Source: Eledone cirrhosa (lineage: Eukaryota). From it: 64,000 nt of DNA. Made by a program: the position numbers and the translations under genes. Within the stretch, counting starts at the first letter, position 1; each line of letters opens with the position of its first letter. The stretch is taken from contig OZ024746.1 in the NCBI GenBank assembly GCA_964016885.1, forward strand, positions 68,448,001-68,512,000, read 5' to 3'. Shown here in pieces: positions 62,183 through 64,000 of the stretch. Below the pieces are notes generated by a model. That model was not told the origin of the DNA, did no database searches, and saw nothing but the letters and a program-made list of their open reading frames with translations.

Positions 62183-62637
62183 CTGTAAAGTGGTCGTGTA
62201 GGTGTCACGACAAAAAGCACCCAGTCCACACTGTAAGTGGTCGTGTAGGTGTCATGACAAAAAGCCCCCAGTCCACACTGTAAAGTGGTCGTGTAGGTGT
62301 CATGACAAAAAGCACCCAGTCCACACTGTAAAGTGGTCGTGTAGGTGTCATGACAAAAAGCACCCAGTCCACACTGTAAAGTGGTCGTGTAGGTGTCATG
62401 ACAAAAAGCACCCAGTCCACACTGTAAAGTGGTTGTGTAGGCGCCACGGTAAAAGAGCACCTAGTACTCACTGTAAATGAGGTTGGTGTTAGGAAGGGCA
62501 TCTAGCTGTAGAAACTGAGCCAAATCAGTCCTGTATGAGCAAGACAAGGTCACCTGACCTGGCATTGCCCATAACAGGACACCCCGTCTAACCCATGCTA
62601 GCATGGAGACATCAATATAAAACAGTGATGATGATGA
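62183..62637 (+). mobile_element. RTE 3'-UTR-derived element with six 48-bp tandem units
   Basis: Unit CTGTAAAGTGGTCGTGTAGGTGTCATGACAAAAAGCACCCAGTCCACA x6 (62183-62470), then the shared tail and (GAT)n. Confidence 0.9.
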
Positions 62638-63052
62638 AAGAAAAAAGGGAAGAATGAAGGAAAAGGGAGTGAGAGAGAGAGAGAGAGAGAATGAAGGAAA
62701 AGAAAATGGATATTGAGGAAGAAAACAGATGTAGAGAAGATATAGTAGATTTGTGACAGAAAATATAAAGCTTTGACAAAAAAAAACATGGAGATATGAA
62801 AAGAGGAGAGAGAGAGTGAATGGAAGAAAGACAGAGAGAGAGTGAAATAGAGAGAGAGTGTGTGTGTGAATGAGAGAGAGAGAGAGAGAGTGTGTGTGTG
62901 AATGAAAAAGAGAGAGAGTGTGTGTGTGTGTTTTGATGGCTGCCGGAAAGTTGTTAGAGTGACTATTTGGTTCAAACACGCACTTCTAGGCTTTGGATCC
63001 TTAGTTATACTTGTGCGGACACACAGAGACATGACATTAAGCTCTGGTTGAC

Positions 63053-64000
63053 TGGTTGTGTGGTGGGTTGGTATAGTTGTGTGGTTGTGTGGTTGGTTGG
63101 TATAGTTGTGTGGTGGTGTGGTGGGTTAGTATAGTTGTATGGTTGTGTAGTGGGTTGGTATAGTTGTGTGGTTGTGTGGTGGGTTGGTATAGTTGTGTGG
63201 TTGTGTGGTTGGTTGGTATAGTTGTGTAGTGTTGCTATAGTTGTGTGGTGGTGTGGTGGGTTAGTATAGTTGTATGGTTGTGTAGTGGGTTGGTGTGGTT
63301 GTGTGGTGGATTGGTATAGTTGTGTGGTGTGGTTGTGTGGTTGTGTGGTGGTATAGTTGTGTGATGGTGTGGTGTGTGGTGGTATAGTTGTGTGGTTGTG
63401 TGGTGGGTTGGTATAGTTGTGTGGTGTGTTGGTATAGTTGTGTGGTGTGTTGGTATAGTTGTGTGGTTGTGTGGTGGGTTTGTATAGTTGTGTGGCGTGT
63501 TTATGTGGTTGTGTGGTGGTATAGTTGTGTGATGGTGTGGTGTGTGGTTGTGTGGTGGGTTGGTATAGTTGTGTGGTGTGTGGTGGTATGGTTGTGTGGT
63601 CGGTTGGTATAGTTGTGTGGTGTGTTTGTGTGGTTGTGTGGTGGTATAGTTGTGTGATGGTGTGGTGTGTGGTGGTATAGTTGTGTGGTTGTGTGGTGGG
63701 TTGGTATAGTTGTGTGGTGTGTGGTGGTATGGTTGTGTGGTGGTATAGTTGATTGGTTGTGTGGTGGTATAGTTGATTGGTTGTGTGGTGGTATAGTTGA
63801 GTGGTTGTGTGGTTGTGTGGTGGTACAGTTGAGTGGTTGTGTGGTGGTACAGTTGAGCGGTTGTGTGGTGGTATAGTTGAGTGGTTGTGTGATGCTCTAG
63901 TTCAGTGGTTGTGTGGTGGTATAGTTCAGTGGTTGTGTGGTGGTATAGTTCAGTGGCTGTGTGGTGGTATAGTTCAGTGGTTGTGTGGTGGTATAGTTCA
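63053..64000. repeat. GT-rich low-complexity minisatellite running off the window
   Basis: Variants of GGTTGTGTGGTGGTATAGTT. Confidence 0.9.

Noticed and set aside
62183-62470. Regular 48-bp repeats (also the 40-bp and 88-bp arrays) as a CRISPR array
   Set aside because: Units are contiguous with no unique spacers, there are no cas genes, the context is eukaryotic, and the unit is part of a LINE 3' UTR.
63053-64000. Telomeric repeat
   Set aside because: No TTAGGG or other fixed short unit; it is a degenerate GT-rich minisatellite.

Overview
AT-rich, microsatellite-dense eukaryotic DNA, intergenic or intronic. The repeat content suggests an invertebrate such as an octopus-type cephalopod, but that is inference. 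No host gene can be called with confidence; there are only a few weak minus-strand exon candidates. Recognisable content: a decayed Penelope-like element (PLE; RT-thumb, Cys linker, GIY-YIG) at the left edge; three 5'-truncated RTE-clade LINEs with a PHD-type finger inside the RT region; fragments of CR1-like, CRE-like and other RTE LINEs; two tRNA-derived SINE families; Tc1/mariner, pogo-like and piggyBac-like MITEs; many micro- and minisatellites. The main signal is about 12 type-I hammerhead ribozyme motifs (CTGANGA...GAAA...TH) from about 8 mostly unrelated sequence families. They sit in short non-coding inserts embedded in (AT)n tracts, usually as fold-back inverted duplications with fixed ends. 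One insert (60.7-61.7 kb) is a circularly permuted, greater-than-unit-length ~430-bp monomer carrying an octamer motif. Together this looks like an (AT)n-targeting, PLE-mobilised retrozyme or pseudo-LTR system. All structures were read by eye; no folding or database search was run.
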